The notes beneath the pieces were generated by a model. That model was not told where the DNA came from and made no database searches. It saw only the letters and a list, made by a program, of their open reading frames with translations. 64,000 nt of DNA, from NCBI GenBank assembly GCA_043745805.1, contig JAYTSD010000045.1, positions 64,001-128,000 on the forward strand. The letters run 5' to 3'. This stretch comes from Fibrobacteria bacterium. GTDB taxonomy: Bacteria > Fibrobacterota > Fibrobacteria > UBA11236. Below are positions 18,092 to 28,181 of the stretch, piece after piece. Position 1 is the stretch's first letter. Each line of letters begins with the position of its first letter. A program made the position numbers and the translations under genes.

Positions 18092-19747
18092 CTATGTGTT
18101 TTCTAATAACAAAGTTTGATTGGTTACATCGCAAACTTCACTAGGTCCAAAATATTGAATAGGGCCAGGATATAAAAAGGAATCCTCCACAGCCCAAACT
18201 TCACGATACTTAGCGAAATATAAGAAAGCCGGTCCAGTAAGCTCTACAAGGGCTTTTTGAATTACGGGTTTCATTTTGCCATGTCTTTGTTCCATATTGA
18301 ATAACATGCTAATGGGAATACCACCTGCGGTCCAAGCATCAACCCCTTTAGAGAGGTCTCGAATGGAAGCCATATAACCTGTTAATCCATTGGCTAATAA
18401 AACGGCCGCGGTACAGCCTAGGCTATAGCAATAATCGGCATCAAAATTAGAAGGAGCTGCTGCGCGGCCTTCATAGCCAAAGAAATGATGTTGTGCTGAA
18501 AATTTGCCTTTATAATCATTGCTCGCTTTTAATTTTTGGCCAACCAATTCGCTAAGTAATTTTTCCGTATCGATTTGTGAAACCTGTACGTTACCATGGG
18601 GATCGCGGTCGAGCAGCAATTGGATTTGTATGCCCGGAGGTAAACTCAAAAAAGTCTTTAACGTTTCGCCACCTAACCATTGCAATACCTTAGTGACTTT
18701 TTCGGTCGATGTGGTAAGAGCTGTAAACTCAATTTCATGATGGGCTAATAAATCATTGAGTTGCGAAATTAAGGTATTAAAGGAGGGAATAAATTCAATC
18801 AAACCTTCGGGTACCAAAACTACGCCATAATTTTTGCCTTTATCTGCACGTACTTTAACCGCATCAGCAATTTGCGTGACCACATCGTCTAAGCTTTGTT
18901 TTTTAGCTAAGACTTCTTCGGAAATGAGGGTAACATTCGCATGGGTTTGCAAAGCGGCCTCTAAAGCAATGTGTGAAGCAGAGCGACCCATAAGTTTAAT
19001 AAAATGCCAATATTTTTTTGCAGAACTGGCATCGCGCGCAATATTGCCAATTAATTCTGCATAGGTTTTTACTGCCGTATCAAAGCCAAAAGAAACAGGG
19101 ATATAAGCATTTTTTAAATCCCCATCGATGGTTTTGGGTACACCGGTTACCGTAGCGGCTACGTTCTTTTCTTGAAAATACTCGGCTAAAACGGCTGCAT
19201 TGGTATTTGAGTCATCGCCGCCAATAATCACAATTGCATGAATGTTTAATTTTTTAATGACGTCTATACAACAATCGAATTGTTCCGTGGTTTCGAGTTT
19301 GGTGCGTCCCGATCCAATAATATCAAAGCCACCGGTATTGCGGAAGGCATTCATTTTTGCTTGATCGATGATTTCGTATTTACCTTTTTCTAATCCGCTT
19401 GGTCCGCCTAAAAAACCAAATAATTGACTATCGGGATGTAAAACTTTAATGCTATCAAAAATACCGGCAATCACATTATGACCACCAGGCGCTTGTCCAC
19501 CGGATAAAACCACACCTACATTTAAAGGTTTAATTTCGGCTGATGAAGGCTTGGCTTCAAATTGTATTAAAGGCAATCCAAAACTATGGGGAAAATTACT
19601 TTTGATGGCGACTTTATCTTTGGGAGGTTCAGCACTTATTCCTTTTACCGCTGAAACTTGGCGAATACCCTGGCGTAAACTTTGTGGTAATTTAGGATGA
19701 TATTGTTGACGATGTTTTTCTAGTACAGAAATAAGACTCACAAGCAC
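18092..19747 (-). CDS. pfp: Pyrophosphate--fructose-6-phosphate 1-phosphotransferase (long type)
   Basis: SGGQAPGGHNV, GGDDSNTNA, PKTIDGD, MGRSASH, FFGYEGR. Confidence 0.95.
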   Translation of the reverse strand: MLVSLISVLEKHRQQYHPKLPQSLRQGIRQVSAVKGISAEPPKDKVAIKSNFPHSFGLPLIQFEAKPSSAEIKPLNVGVVLSGGQAPGGHNVIAGIFDSIKVLHPDSQLFGFLGGPSGLEKGKYEIIDQAKMNAFRNTGGFDIIGSGRTKLETTEQFDCCIDVIKKLNIHAIVIIGGDDSNTNAAVLAEYFQEKNVAATVTGVPKTIDGDLKNAYIPVSFGFDTAVKTYAELIGNIARDASSAKKYWHFIKLMGRSASHIALEAALQTHANVTLISEEVLAKKQSLDDVVTQIADAVKVRADKGKNYGVVLVPEGLIEFIPSFNTLISQLNDLLAHHEIEFTALTTSTEKVTKVLQWLGGETLKTFLSLPPGIQIQLLLDRDPHGNVQVSQIDTEKLLSELVGQKLKASNDYKGKFSAQHHFFGYEGRAAAPSNFDADYCYSLGCTAAVLLANGLTGYMASIRDLSKGVDAWTAGGIPISMLFNMEQRHGKMKPVIQKALVELTGPAFLYFAKYREVWAVEDSFLYPGPIQYFGPSEVCDVTNQTLLLENT

Positions 19748-19870
19748 TCCAAAGCAAAATTGTTTATGAGTTAAAAATAATTTGCAGTACGATTAATTCC
19801 GAGATTAATTTGTTATTGCCGAACACCTTCGCAATTAAAACAGCTTTCTTATTGGCTTTAGGTAAAGAGA

Positions 19871-19900
19871 TTGACGAAATCTGGGACTATTACGTAAATT
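19871..19900 (+). promoter_or_regulatory. Sigma70-type promoter of tRNA-Pro
   Basis: TTGACG-N18-TAAATT, 12 nt before the tRNA. Confidence 0.55.
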
Positions 19901-19912
19901 AACCCACCTCAT

Positions 19913-19989
19913 CGGGATGTGGCTCAGTCTGGTAGAGTACTTGAATGGGGTTCAAGTGGTCGTGGGTTCGAATCCCGCCATCCCGACCA
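19913..19989 (+). tRNA. tRNA-Pro (GGG)
   Basis: CGGGATG/CATCCCG acceptor, CTTGA-ATGGGGT-TCAAG anticodon arm, GTTCGAATC, CCA end. Confidence 0.95.
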
Positions 19990-19994
19990 GAATT

Positions 19995-20029
19995 AAAAAA
20001 ACGGCAGTTTTTAACAACTGCCGTTTTTT
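19995..20029 (+). terminator. Intrinsic terminator after tRNA-Pro
   Basis: AAAAAAACGGCAGTT...AACTGCCGTTTTTT. Confidence 0.8.
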
Positions 20030-20058
20030 CCGCAGCAAATTAATTTAAGAGAGACCTA

Positions 20059-20553
20059 ATGGAAAATAACCTTTGTTCTTGTGATACCAAAAAACCTTAT
20101 TCACAATGTTGCGAACCCGTACTAAAGGGCGTGAAAATTGCGGAATCCCCCATGGAATTAATGCGTGCGCGTTATTCAGCTTTTGTCCATCAAGAAATTG
20201 ATTTTATTGTGAACTCGATTGCGCCTAGTAAAAAGAAAGAATTTGATCGCAAGGATATTGAAGATTGGTCGAAAAATACCGAGTGGATGGGACTTGAAAT
20301 CGTATCTACGGAAAACGGTGGTCCTAATGATGACAAGGGGCAGGTAGAATTTATTGCCACCTCACGCGATAAAGAGGAAATCAATAAGCATCATGAATTA
20401 GCTTCCTTCGTGAAAATAAAGGGTTCATGGTTTTTTGAAACTGGACGCACACCTCCTGCTAAGCCCATAAAATTAGAGGGTCCCAAAATTGGTCGTAATG
20501 ATCCTTGTCATTGTGGTAGCGGACAGAAGTTTAAGAAATGCCATGGGAAATAG
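20059..20553 (+). CDS. YchJ family SEC-C motif protein
   Basis: [46 protein letters not shown]. Confidence 0.92.
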   Translation: MENNLCSCDTKKPYSQCCEPVLKGVKIAESPMELMRARYSAFVHQEIDFIVNSIAPSKKKEFDRKDIEDWSKNTEWMGLEIVSTENGGPNDDKGQVEFIATSRDKEEINKHHELASFVKIKGSWFFETGRTPPAKPIKLEGPKIGRNDPCHCGSGQKFKKCHGK

Positions 20554-20585
20554 CTAATTGCTAACTCCTAGGTTTACGTGTAGGT

Positions 20586-21110
20586 TTATTTCAAGGCATG
20601 TAAACTATTTGCTGCTCGTATTTTTTGCGCTTTAGCCCAAAGGGCCTTGTCCTTCTTTAAAAACCGAATTAAAGCCGAAGAGGTGCATGCTAAGGCTTGA
20701 CCAGCAGGGGAAACCTGGCCCAGAAACTTTCCTAAATAGTAAATCGAACGCATGGCAAAAATGGGGAAGTCATCATGGGATGCGCTGCACTCTATCCGAA
20801 AAATAGGCGCGCTAAAGATGGTTAATTTTTCAGTATCATTGTCGTCCTCGTTAAAATTTATAGGCCATAAAAGCGCAAGTTGCATTCGTAATTTATGCAA
20901 GGAATCTTGCAGGTTACGTTGAGATTCTCGAAAGGCCTCAGCTTCAGCTGAAATTTGTGAAGGGTTATGAATTAAGCGTATACCACTATACACACGATTC
21001 CGTTTTTGACCGCCAGGTCCCGAACCTTGATAACGTTCCTGTTTACAAGTCCGGAGAAATTCTTCAGGGGAAAGGGCCAAATACTGGCAGATTAAATTTG
21101 CGGCAAGCAT
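20586..21110 (-). CDS. Stand-alone class I release-factor-like (GGQ) protein
   Basis: GSGPGGQKRNRVYSGIRLIHNPS...RESQRN, then a helical C-terminal extension. ATG at 21110 chosen as likely start. Confidence 0.75.
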   Translation of the reverse strand: MLAANLICQYLALSPEEFLRTCKQERYQGSGPGGQKRNRVYSGIRLIHNPSQISAEAEAFRESQRNLQDSLHKLRMQLALLWPINFNEDDNDTEKLTIFSAPIFRIECSASHDDFPIFAMRSIYYLGKFLGQVSPAGQALACTSSALIRFLKKDKALWAKAQKIRAANSLHALK

Positions 21111-21163
21111 ATTGATTTTTTCGTTTAACCTCAATAAAAGGTTAGTTTATTATGGGAGGTTTT

Positions 21164-21556
21164 ATGGCTACAGATAAAAAATTTGCTGAATTTATAATGG
21201 ATCAAGCACGAGCAGCAGGACATGTTTTGGCTAAGCCTATGTTTGGGGATTACGGCCTATACTGCGATGGGAAAATTGTGGGTCTAATCTGTGACGATCA
21301 ATTATTTATCAAACCCACGGAAGCCGGTAAAAAATTTATCGATGATATTGTCGAAGCTCCGCCATATCTAGGGGCTAAGAATTATTTTCTCATTGAAGAT
21401 AAATTCGAAGAACGAGATTGGATTTCAGAATTAATTAAAATCACCGCAGAGGCTTTGCCACAAAAAGTTTTTAAAGGAAAACATGCTGTCAAAAAAATAG
21501 TCAAAAAGAAGTCGTTAAAAAAAGCTTCTGTAAAACAGAAATCTAAACCCTCATGA
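21164..21556 (+). CDS. TfoX/Sxy N-terminal domain protein
   Basis: KPMFGDYGLYCDGKIVGLICDDQLFIKPT, PPYLGAK; GGAGG SD before 21164; Lys-rich tail. Confidence 0.88.
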   Translation: MATDKKFAEFIMDQARAAGHVLAKPMFGDYGLYCDGKIVGLICDDQLFIKPTEAGKKFIDDIVEAPPYLGAKNYFLIEDKFEERDWISELIKITAEALPQKVFKGKHAVKKIVKKKSLKKASVKQKSKPS

Positions 21557-22125
21557 CCCTTAAAGAATTTTATTATCGAGGTTTGCCCGTTGGTGTTTTC
21601 GAAACGGAAAATTATCCAACCGAAAAGGGTATGTACAAATACTCACCCTATCTTGGCGTAGCCCATCAGGAAATGTTAGACGCATTAAGTAAAATAAAAA
21701 TTGCTCGATGCTACTATGACACTAGTCATGGCCGCCTATTTTTTGATGTTCATGAATGTAAAGAAAATACATGGTTTGAAATAGACAATTTCGAATGGGT
21801 TAAGCTTACGGATAAAAATTTACTGAAATGGCTTGCGCCTTGGATTCCCGCTGTTGCAGGGCTTGAAAAGGAATTAACCAAAGAAGTAGGCTCTGGGCAT
21901 GTGCTTTATCAATTACAATGTTTGTCCATTGGAAGGCGAATTGATAATGATGAAGTCCTTTTTCAAATTTATAATTCTTCGATTAATTATGCCGTGGTGC
22001 ATTTAACATGGTTGGGAAAAATGGAAATGGATGATTCATTACCCAAGGTGGAATTGTTCACAACTATCGAAGAATGGGCTGAATTAAAAATGAAGACGGA
22101 CCATTTGGCTTATATGGATTTTTAA
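21553..22125 (+). CDS. Hypothetical two-domain protein, possibly immunity-like
   Basis: C-half ELTKEVGSGHVLY...RRIDNDEVLF...YAVVHLTW; ATGA overlap with upstream gene. Confidence 0.5.
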   Translation: MTLKEFYYRGLPVGVFETENYPTEKGMYKYSPYLGVAHQEMLDALSKIKIARCYYDTSHGRLFFDVHECKENTWFEIDNFEWVKLTDKNLLKWLAPWIPAVAGLEKELTKEVGSGHVLYQLQCLSIGRRIDNDEVLFQIYNSSINYAVVHLTWLGKMEMDDSLPKVELFTTIEEWAELKMKTDHLAYMDF

Positions 22126-22484
22126 TTTCTCTTTCTATAAATCTTTGCTTTATTAAAGCAAAGAGGACATTTTTAAAAAGTTATTAGAGATCAGGGCTTA
22201 AGCAAATATTGATATAAGGCATCATTTTAAATGAAAGCGTTTCAGTTTTAACGCTTCCATTTCAGCATCGCCGATGAGCAAATCCGTTTTTTCGAAATCA
22301 TAAGCCAAATCATTATTCGCTTTTTTATTGGGCTTGGATCCCAAATTAGTTCGGTTTACGTGCTTTCCATTGGCCGCATATGCAATATTGGCAGAATCTA
22401 TGACATTATTGCAGATTTTATTGCCCTCATTTATCGAAAAATGCAATGCCTAGTGCTACAATAAGTCCAAACTAGGCGGACTTA

Positions 22485-23861
22485 TTGATTGACAAAATAT
22501 CGTATCAACCTATTGATACTTTAAAGCTCTCCGAACTCATCGCTTCGCTTAGCCATGCTTTGGATATGACTGAGGGGCAACCTGCTGGGCATTGTATTCG
22601 TAGTTGTTGGATAGGCATACACATTGGGAGAACGATCCAACTCGAAGAAAAAATATTACGTGATTTATATTACACTTTACTCTTGAAGGATTTAGGCTGT
22701 AGTAGTAATGCGGCGCGCATTTGTGAATTGTACTTGTCTGATGATTTACAATTCAAACGCAATTTTAAATTGATCAATAGTGGAAGTATTGCGCAAGTTT
22801 TGGATTTCGTTTTCAAAAATACCGCTTCTGGTTCGCGTCTTCCTCAGCGTTTAACTTCGCTGATTAATGTTATGCGCAATGGGTCGGAAATTACGCAGGA
22901 AATGACGCAAACTCGCTGCACGCGCGGTGCGGATATTGCTCGGCAATTACGTTTTAGCGAAGCTGTTGCGGAGGGAATTTATAATCTCGATGAACATTGG
23001 GATGGGGGAGGTCATCCGGGCCATTTGAAAAAGGAACAGATCCCATTATTCTCACGCATTGCCTTATTGTCACAAGTGATAGACGTGTTTCATTTTTCAG
23101 GCGGAAAAGAAACAGCCTTAAAAGAAATTGCCGAACGCAGTGGTAAATGGTTTGATCCGCAATTAGTGAAAGCTTTTCAACAAGTCGCAGATAAGAAAGA
23201 ATTTTGGGAAGGGTTGATTGCAACTGATTTGCAAAAAACTTTGCTTTCCTTAGAACCTGGTTTACAAACGGTTTCTTTGGACGATGATTTTTTGGATGAA
23301 ATTGCGGCTGCATTTGGACAGGTCGTGGATTCAAAAAGTCCTTATACAGCAGGCCATAGTGAACGTGTGGCGGTATATGCCGAATTGATTGGGCAAGAAC
23401 TGGGTTTAGATAATAATTATCGGCGATGGCTAAAACGCGGCGCCTTATTGCATGACTTGGGAAAGCTAGGCGTAAGCAATACCATACTGGATAAACCTGG
23501 TAAATTAGATGAGGAAGAATGGAAACAAATTCGTTTACATCCAGGGTTAACCGAACAAATTTTAGTGCAAATGCCAGCTTTTCGAGAATTGGCTTTAGTG
23601 GCAGGGGCACATCATGAAAAATTGGATGGTACAGGTTACCCTAAAAAAATGTGTGGTGAAGAAATCACTTTGGGTACACGCGTAATTACCACGGCGGATA
23701 TATTCGATGCCATTACCGCAAATCGGCCCTATCGAGGCCCAATTCCCGTGGCTAAGGCTTTGGATATGATGGAGGCGGAAATAGGAGTTGCCATTGATGC
23801 GCAATGCTTTGCCGCCTTAAAAACATCTTTGAATCGGCTGCCTGAAAACGCACCCAAATAA
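22485..23861 (+). CDS. Tandem-HD HD-GYP phosphodiesterase
   Basis: LDMTEGQPAGHCIRS, LKDLGCSSNA, DSKSPYTAGHSERV, LHDLGK, HHEKLDGTGYP, RPYR. Confidence 0.93.
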   Translation: MIDKISYQPIDTLKLSELIASLSHALDMTEGQPAGHCIRSCWIGIHIGRTIQLEEKILRDLYYTLLLKDLGCSSNAARICELYLSDDLQFKRNFKLINSGSIAQVLDFVFKNTASGSRLPQRLTSLINVMRNGSEITQEMTQTRCTRGADIARQLRFSEAVAEGIYNLDEHWDGGGHPGHLKKEQIPLFSRIALLSQVIDVFHFSGGKETALKEIAERSGKWFDPQLVKAFQQVADKKEFWEGLIATDLQKTLLSLEPGLQTVSLDDDFLDEIAAAFGQVVDSKSPYTAGHSERVAVYAELIGQELGLDNNYRRWLKRGALLHDLGKLGVSNTILDKPGKLDEEEWKQIRLHPGLTEQILVQMPAFRELALVAGAHHEKLDGTGYPKKMCGEEITLGTRVITTADIFDAITANRPYRGPIPVAKALDMMEAEIGVAIDAQCFAALKTSLNRLPENAPK

Positions 23862-24056
23862 TTCTTAACCTAAGAAGCTAAATAAATTTAATCCGTCAAT
23901 TTTGCAAAACAAAGTTTTAATTTAGTTGTATAAAATTTGACCTGCAATTCTTGACCAGCGACTTCATCTGTAATATGGATTGATAAGGTCAAAAAAATCA
24001 AACATTTAGAAATAAAATTTTCTATTACGCACTAGAATTGGTAGTTTAAAATAAGT

Positions 24057-24839
24057 ATGCCAATGACGATTAAGCCCAAGCAGATAAAAAACATTTTTTT
24101 ACTGCTAACAAGTTTTTTGTCGACAGGCTGTTTGTATTCCGTACACCATTTTAATACGGGTACTATTTTACCGGCAGGTAAAAGCCAGGTTACTCTCGGC
24201 GCAGGACAGGAGACTTTATGGAAATGCCAACATAGTCAGCCAGACAGCATTTCGCATGTATGCAGAGAAAACGAAAGTAAATATGGAAATGAAACTATTT
24301 CGAATTCAGAAATTTTTACTGGAAGTTTAAATTATCGCTTAGGGATTCGTGATTCATGGGGCCCTTTTCCGGGAGCTGAATTGGAGTGGCATTTGGAATT
24401 ACCGACCAATCCTGCTACCATGGAATTTGCATTGAATTTAGCCTTGCCAGGCGGGCATACCTTTCATCATAAAATCGGAGCAGGTTGGGGTATCGGAGCT
24501 TGGGCGGACAATTCCTTTTTTATGGAATATGCTTTGTCACAAAGTTGGGGGAGTACTTTGGGTTTTGGTAACTTACGTGCTACCTATTTAGCCACGCAAA
24601 TAGGCGAGGTAACTTCGGGAAATTTTTCGGATCCACTGCCTAGTAATCAGCATTTGCTTTTACAAGCAGGAATGGGAGTATTTTATCGATTACCTGATTG
24701 GATAATTATTCCTGATTTTATTATCCCGCAAGTAAATTTAACCCTTCCGCAAATCCCCTCAGGTAATCAGCAATTTAGTGCAAAGGATATTCCACTTGCA
24801 CAATGGAACATTAATTTGGGTCTAGGATGGAATTTTTAA
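24057..24839 (+). CDS. Hypothetical lipoprotein / small outer-membrane barrel
   Basis: LSTGC lipobox-like; terminal LGLGWNF; TAATG coupling to the downstream TBDR. Confidence 0.5.
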   Translation: MPMTIKPKQIKNIFLLLTSFLSTGCLYSVHHFNTGTILPAGKSQVTLGAGQETLWKCQHSQPDSISHVCRENESKYGNETISNSEIFTGSLNYRLGIRDSWGPFPGAELEWHLELPTNPATMEFALNLALPGGHTFHHKIGAGWGIGAWADNSFFMEYALSQSWGSTLGFGNLRATYLATQIGEVTSGNFSDPLPSNQHLLLQAGMGVFYRLPDWIIIPDFIIPQVNLTLPQIPSGNQQFSAKDIPLAQWNINLGLGWNF

Positions 24840-27292
24840 TGCCTAAGGTTTCGGGATTCCTGAAGCAAAATCAATGTAGGTATCGATACCTGTCCCTAAT
24901 TTTTTTGCTGGGAATATTATTAGGGAATGATCTTTATGCAGAAGAAGTTAATAGTAACCTCAATATTACCTTCAAAGCTAATTCAGATTCTTTAACGTTG
25001 GAGTTACCGGACGCGCGCGTAATAGCTAAAAAGAAAAACCAAACAGCGGAAAGTATTAAAAGCGATTTCGTGCGTAAAATCCCCAGCACCTTAAATGATC
25101 CTTTGCGAGTAATTGCTTTCACTCCTGGCGTTACGGTGCAAAATGATTTGAATGTGCGGCCATTTATTCGTGGCGGTGACGCGGAACAAACGGAAGTGGT
25201 GATGAATGGAATCGCTTTATTACAACCTTATCATGTAGGAGGCGTATTCTCAATTTTTAATTTAAGCACATTGGAGTCTGTTGAGTTATATCGTGACGAT
25301 TTTCCTGTAGAATATCCCGGGGTATTATCCGGAGTTGTGAATTTGAAAAACAAAAATCCTTTCGAAAGTGAATCGCATGTTAATGCGAATATCTCCTTAG
25401 TTCGTGGCGATGCTTTTGCTGAATTACCCATTATTAAAAATCAATTGAGTGTGTATGGTGCGGCCCAAGCTTTTTTATTCAACCGTTCTTTGCGCGGCTT
25501 ACTAAATGCAAGCTCAGCTGCTTCTAGCGATAGTACTTTTCAAGAAGATATACAGGGTTATCGCGAACATATTAATTTACCAGAATTTCAAGATTATCAT
25601 TGGGGTGCCGCTTATGCAGTAAATGATAACTTGCATTTCCATTATAATGGAAACTTTTCTTTAGATGATTATGCTGTACTAATTCCTCGGCAGGCGAATA
25701 TTTTACATGGCTTATCACCCGGGCCTTCCAGCCCACCGTTGGTGCCAGAAAAGGAAATTAAACGTACACAAAAGCTTTCGGTAGACAGTGTGTCGGCGGT
25801 TAATATCAATAATCAAATGCATTTATGGAATATGAGTTGGGATATTAATTCCCAGCATTTTTTAGAAAATAATTTTGGCTTTCAATCGCAAAACTGGGAT
25901 GTGGGTTTTAAAAAAGGTGCTGGTGTAACTGCCTACTCCAATAAGCCTTTGGCACTTTCTGAAGCTACGCGCATTTTTAATTATCAGCTCGTGGATCATT
26001 ATACACTATCGGAAAGTAATCAATTAAAATGGGGACTAAGTTATGATTATAAACAACAAAAGTATAATGCTGAATTGCCTTATGTTCTTTATGATGTTGT
26101 AGTTAATAGTAATATCGATATGTTAGCGGATTTGGGAAGTTTTTCGCCTTCTGGTTTTACTATTGAAAAGGACGATAGCAGTAAATCTAATTTAGACTAT
26201 TTGGGAGATTATCCGGCACGTATACGTTTTTCCCATTCCGGTGAATTAACCGATCATTTCGCTAGTTTGTTTTTTTCTCAAACCTTAAAAACCTCTTCGG
26301 GCTCTTTGTCTTATGGACTGCGAGGAGAATATCAAAATAGAACACAAGAGTTTTTCCCTGCGCCGCGCTTGTCTTATCGATGGAATGTAGATCCCAAAAA
26401 TGAATTGGTTTTTAATTCGGGACTTTATTCCCAAAATAATTTGCCTTATTATCAAAGAGATGAAAATAATAATTTGCAATCTGAAAAATCAGCCCAAGTG
26501 GGTTTACAATGGTCGCATGAATTTTCCAAAGGGTATCGCTTAGTAGTTGATAATTATTATAAATACTACTATGACTTGGTTTCCTCTAATTTAGTTCCCA
26601 ATAATACTATTGATTTGCAAAGCTTATTATTGCCGATGCCACGATCAAAGCTGTCCGCTAGCGAATTGCAGAATTTAAAAAGTGTCTTAGATACCACGAA
26701 AAACTTTTCGGGACTTTCCGATTCAATTCAACAATTAGCGTATGCAAATTTTGGTGGGTTAAATTTTGCTTATAATAACAGTGGCAAAGGTAATAGTGTA
26801 GGGACGGAGCTGGCTTTTTATTATGATCCCACAAATGTATGGAGTGGATGGGCTTCCGTTGATTTAAGTTTTTCTAATCGCCAAGATGTATCAGATCAAC
26901 CTTATTATGCGTTTGCCAATCATCGCCCTTTGATTTTGAATTGGGTCAATACTTTTACTATGCCTAGTAATTATAGTCTCAGCTTTACTTATCGGTGGGC
27001 TATGGGTCAATCATATACGCCTTATTCAGGCACTTCGGAAGATAAAAACTTACAGCCGATTATTGTGGGTGCGCGTAATGCCGGACGCTTGTCGCCGTAT
27101 AGTCGCTTGGATATGCGCTTGGCGCATAATACGCATTGGCGCAATAGTAATTTTAAAGCTTATATTGAAATTTGGAATGCGATGAATAATCCAAATTATT
27201 TTGCACGCGATAAGGAAACCGGCCAATTAAAATCTGCTCAACTTAATTGGCCTTTCCCTTTATTGTTTTTGGGCTTGAACTGGGAAATATGA
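24839..27292 (+). CDS. TonB-dependent receptor
   Basis: Plug DPLRVIAFTPGV...IRGG...VMNGI...PYHVGGVFSIFN; C-terminal YSRLDMR, IWNAMN, GLNWEI. Confidence 0.88.
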   Translation: MPKVSGFLKQNQCRYRYLSLIFLLGILLGNDLYAEEVNSNLNITFKANSDSLTLELPDARVIAKKKNQTAESIKSDFVRKIPSTLNDPLRVIAFTPGVTVQNDLNVRPFIRGGDAEQTEVVMNGIALLQPYHVGGVFSIFNLSTLESVELYRDDFPVEYPGVLSGVVNLKNKNPFESESHVNANISLVRGDAFAELPIIKNQLSVYGAAQAFLFNRSLRGLLNASSAASSDSTFQEDIQGYREHINLPEFQDYHWGAAYAVNDNLHFHYNGNFSLDDYAVLIPRQANILHGLSPGPSSPPLVPEKEIKRTQKLSVDSVSAVNINNQMHLWNMSWDINSQHFLENNFGFQSQNWDVGFKKGAGVTAYSNKPLALSEATRIFNYQLVDHYTLSESNQLKWGLSYDYKQQKYNAELPYVLYDVVVNSNIDMLADLGSFSPSGFTIEKDDSSKSNLDYLGDYPARIRFSHSGELTDHFASLFFSQTLKTSSGSLSYGLRGEYQNRTQEFFPAPRLSYRWNVDPKNELVFNSGLYSQNNLPYYQRDENNNLQSEKSAQVGLQWSHEFSKGYRLVVDNYYKYYYDLVSSNLVPNNTIDLQSLLLPMPRSKLSASELQNLKSVLDTTKNFSGLSDSIQQLAYANFGGLNFAYNNSGKGNSVGTELAFYYDPTNVWSGWASVDLSFSNRQDVSDQPYYAFANHRPLILNWVNTFTMPSNYSLSFTYRWAMGQSYTPYSGTSEDKNLQPIIVGARNAGRLSPYSRLDMRLAHNTHWRNSNFKAYIEIWNAMNNPNYFARDKETGQLKSAQLNWPFPLLFLGLNWEI

Positions 27293-28144
27293 CTCAAGAT
27301 ATTGTCCCGCTAGGGAATAGTGAATGCTCGGGGAATTAGCAGAGACATTAGATTTTTTTTCTACCGTCAATATATTTCCATGGCGTGCAATTTTATTTTG
27401 CGACACGGCAGCTTTGGTTGCGGCTTCGGGATGCGGATTCACGGAAGTAGTAAAATTATAATCCGTAGAGTAATACATATAATCCACATACATAAACATA
27501 TCCTGTGTCGGCGCGACGCCACCCCAACCGGAAATATTACCACTCCAATGATTTAACATGATTTGACTATTCAAATTGGGAACATCTTTTTTTAAGGTGG
27601 CATAGGGCTTAGAGTCTACAAAATATTCTACTCTATCGGCATACCAATCAAAACGATATTCATGAAAGGCCAAGCTGGGATCGAAGTCCAAAGTTTTCTT
27701 TTGATAATCCACATTTTCCACAATATGATGCAATGTAAAATGAATGTCTTTATTGTCCTTGGTTAAAAATTCAATATCAATTTCATTCAGTGGATTATCA
27801 TTATAAATAAACCATCCTACGACTGCGCCAACGGTGTGGGACGTTTTAATGGAGGCCCGATAAGAACCGTATTTAAAGTTATTACGCTTGGAAGCGATTT
27901 CTGCACAAATAGGTTTTTGTCCGGGTTGTGAACCACTGAGTTTCAGTATTAAAATGCCATTTTCTACCGTAACATTTTGTGTTGCATGGGTACGATTAGT
28001 TCCTGTCCATGCGGATTTATCCCAAAAGGCATCGAGGTCTGCCATAGAATTAAAATCTTGTTTAATGGTTTCGCTTTGTCCCATGCCATAGAGTAGTAAA
28101 AAAACTAATAGTATAGATAAATTTGAACCCTTATATGTTTTCAT
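27260..28144 (-). CDS. Glycoside hydrolase family 16 (lichenase/laminarinase-like)
   Basis: YGSYRASIK, GAVVGWF, catalytic EIDIEF, FHEYRFDW, IMLNHW; signal peptide. Confidence 0.9.
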   Translation of the reverse strand: MKTYKGSNLSILLVFLLLYGMGQSETIKQDFNSMADLDAFWDKSAWTGTNRTHATQNVTVENGILILKLSGSQPGQKPICAEIASKRNNFKYGSYRASIKTSHTVGAVVGWFIYNDNPLNEIDIEFLTKDNKDIHFTLHHIVENVDYQKKTLDFDPSLAFHEYRFDWYADRVEYFVDSKPYATLKKDVPNLNSQIMLNHWSGNISGWGGVAPTQDMFMYVDYMYYSTDYNFTTSVNPHPEAATKAAVSQNKIARHGNILTVEKKSNVSANSPSIHYSLAGQYLESYFPVQAQKQ

Positions 28145-28181
28145 GATAACCCCTTATTTTGTTTGAATGATTAATTGATTT

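Noticed and set aside
22222..22446. 74-aa minus-strand ORF
   Set aside because: No recognisable motif or SD; it could be a remnant but is unsupported.
22954..23610. 218-aa antisense ORF
   Set aside because: Shadow of the HD-GYP gene with non-protein-like composition; the same applies to the other short antisense ORFs in the track.
23936..23994. TTGACC repeats and inverted GGTCAAA upstream of the lipoprotein-TBDR pair
   Set aside because: Irregular spacing; no cobalamin riboswitch or Fur-box consensus could be supported.
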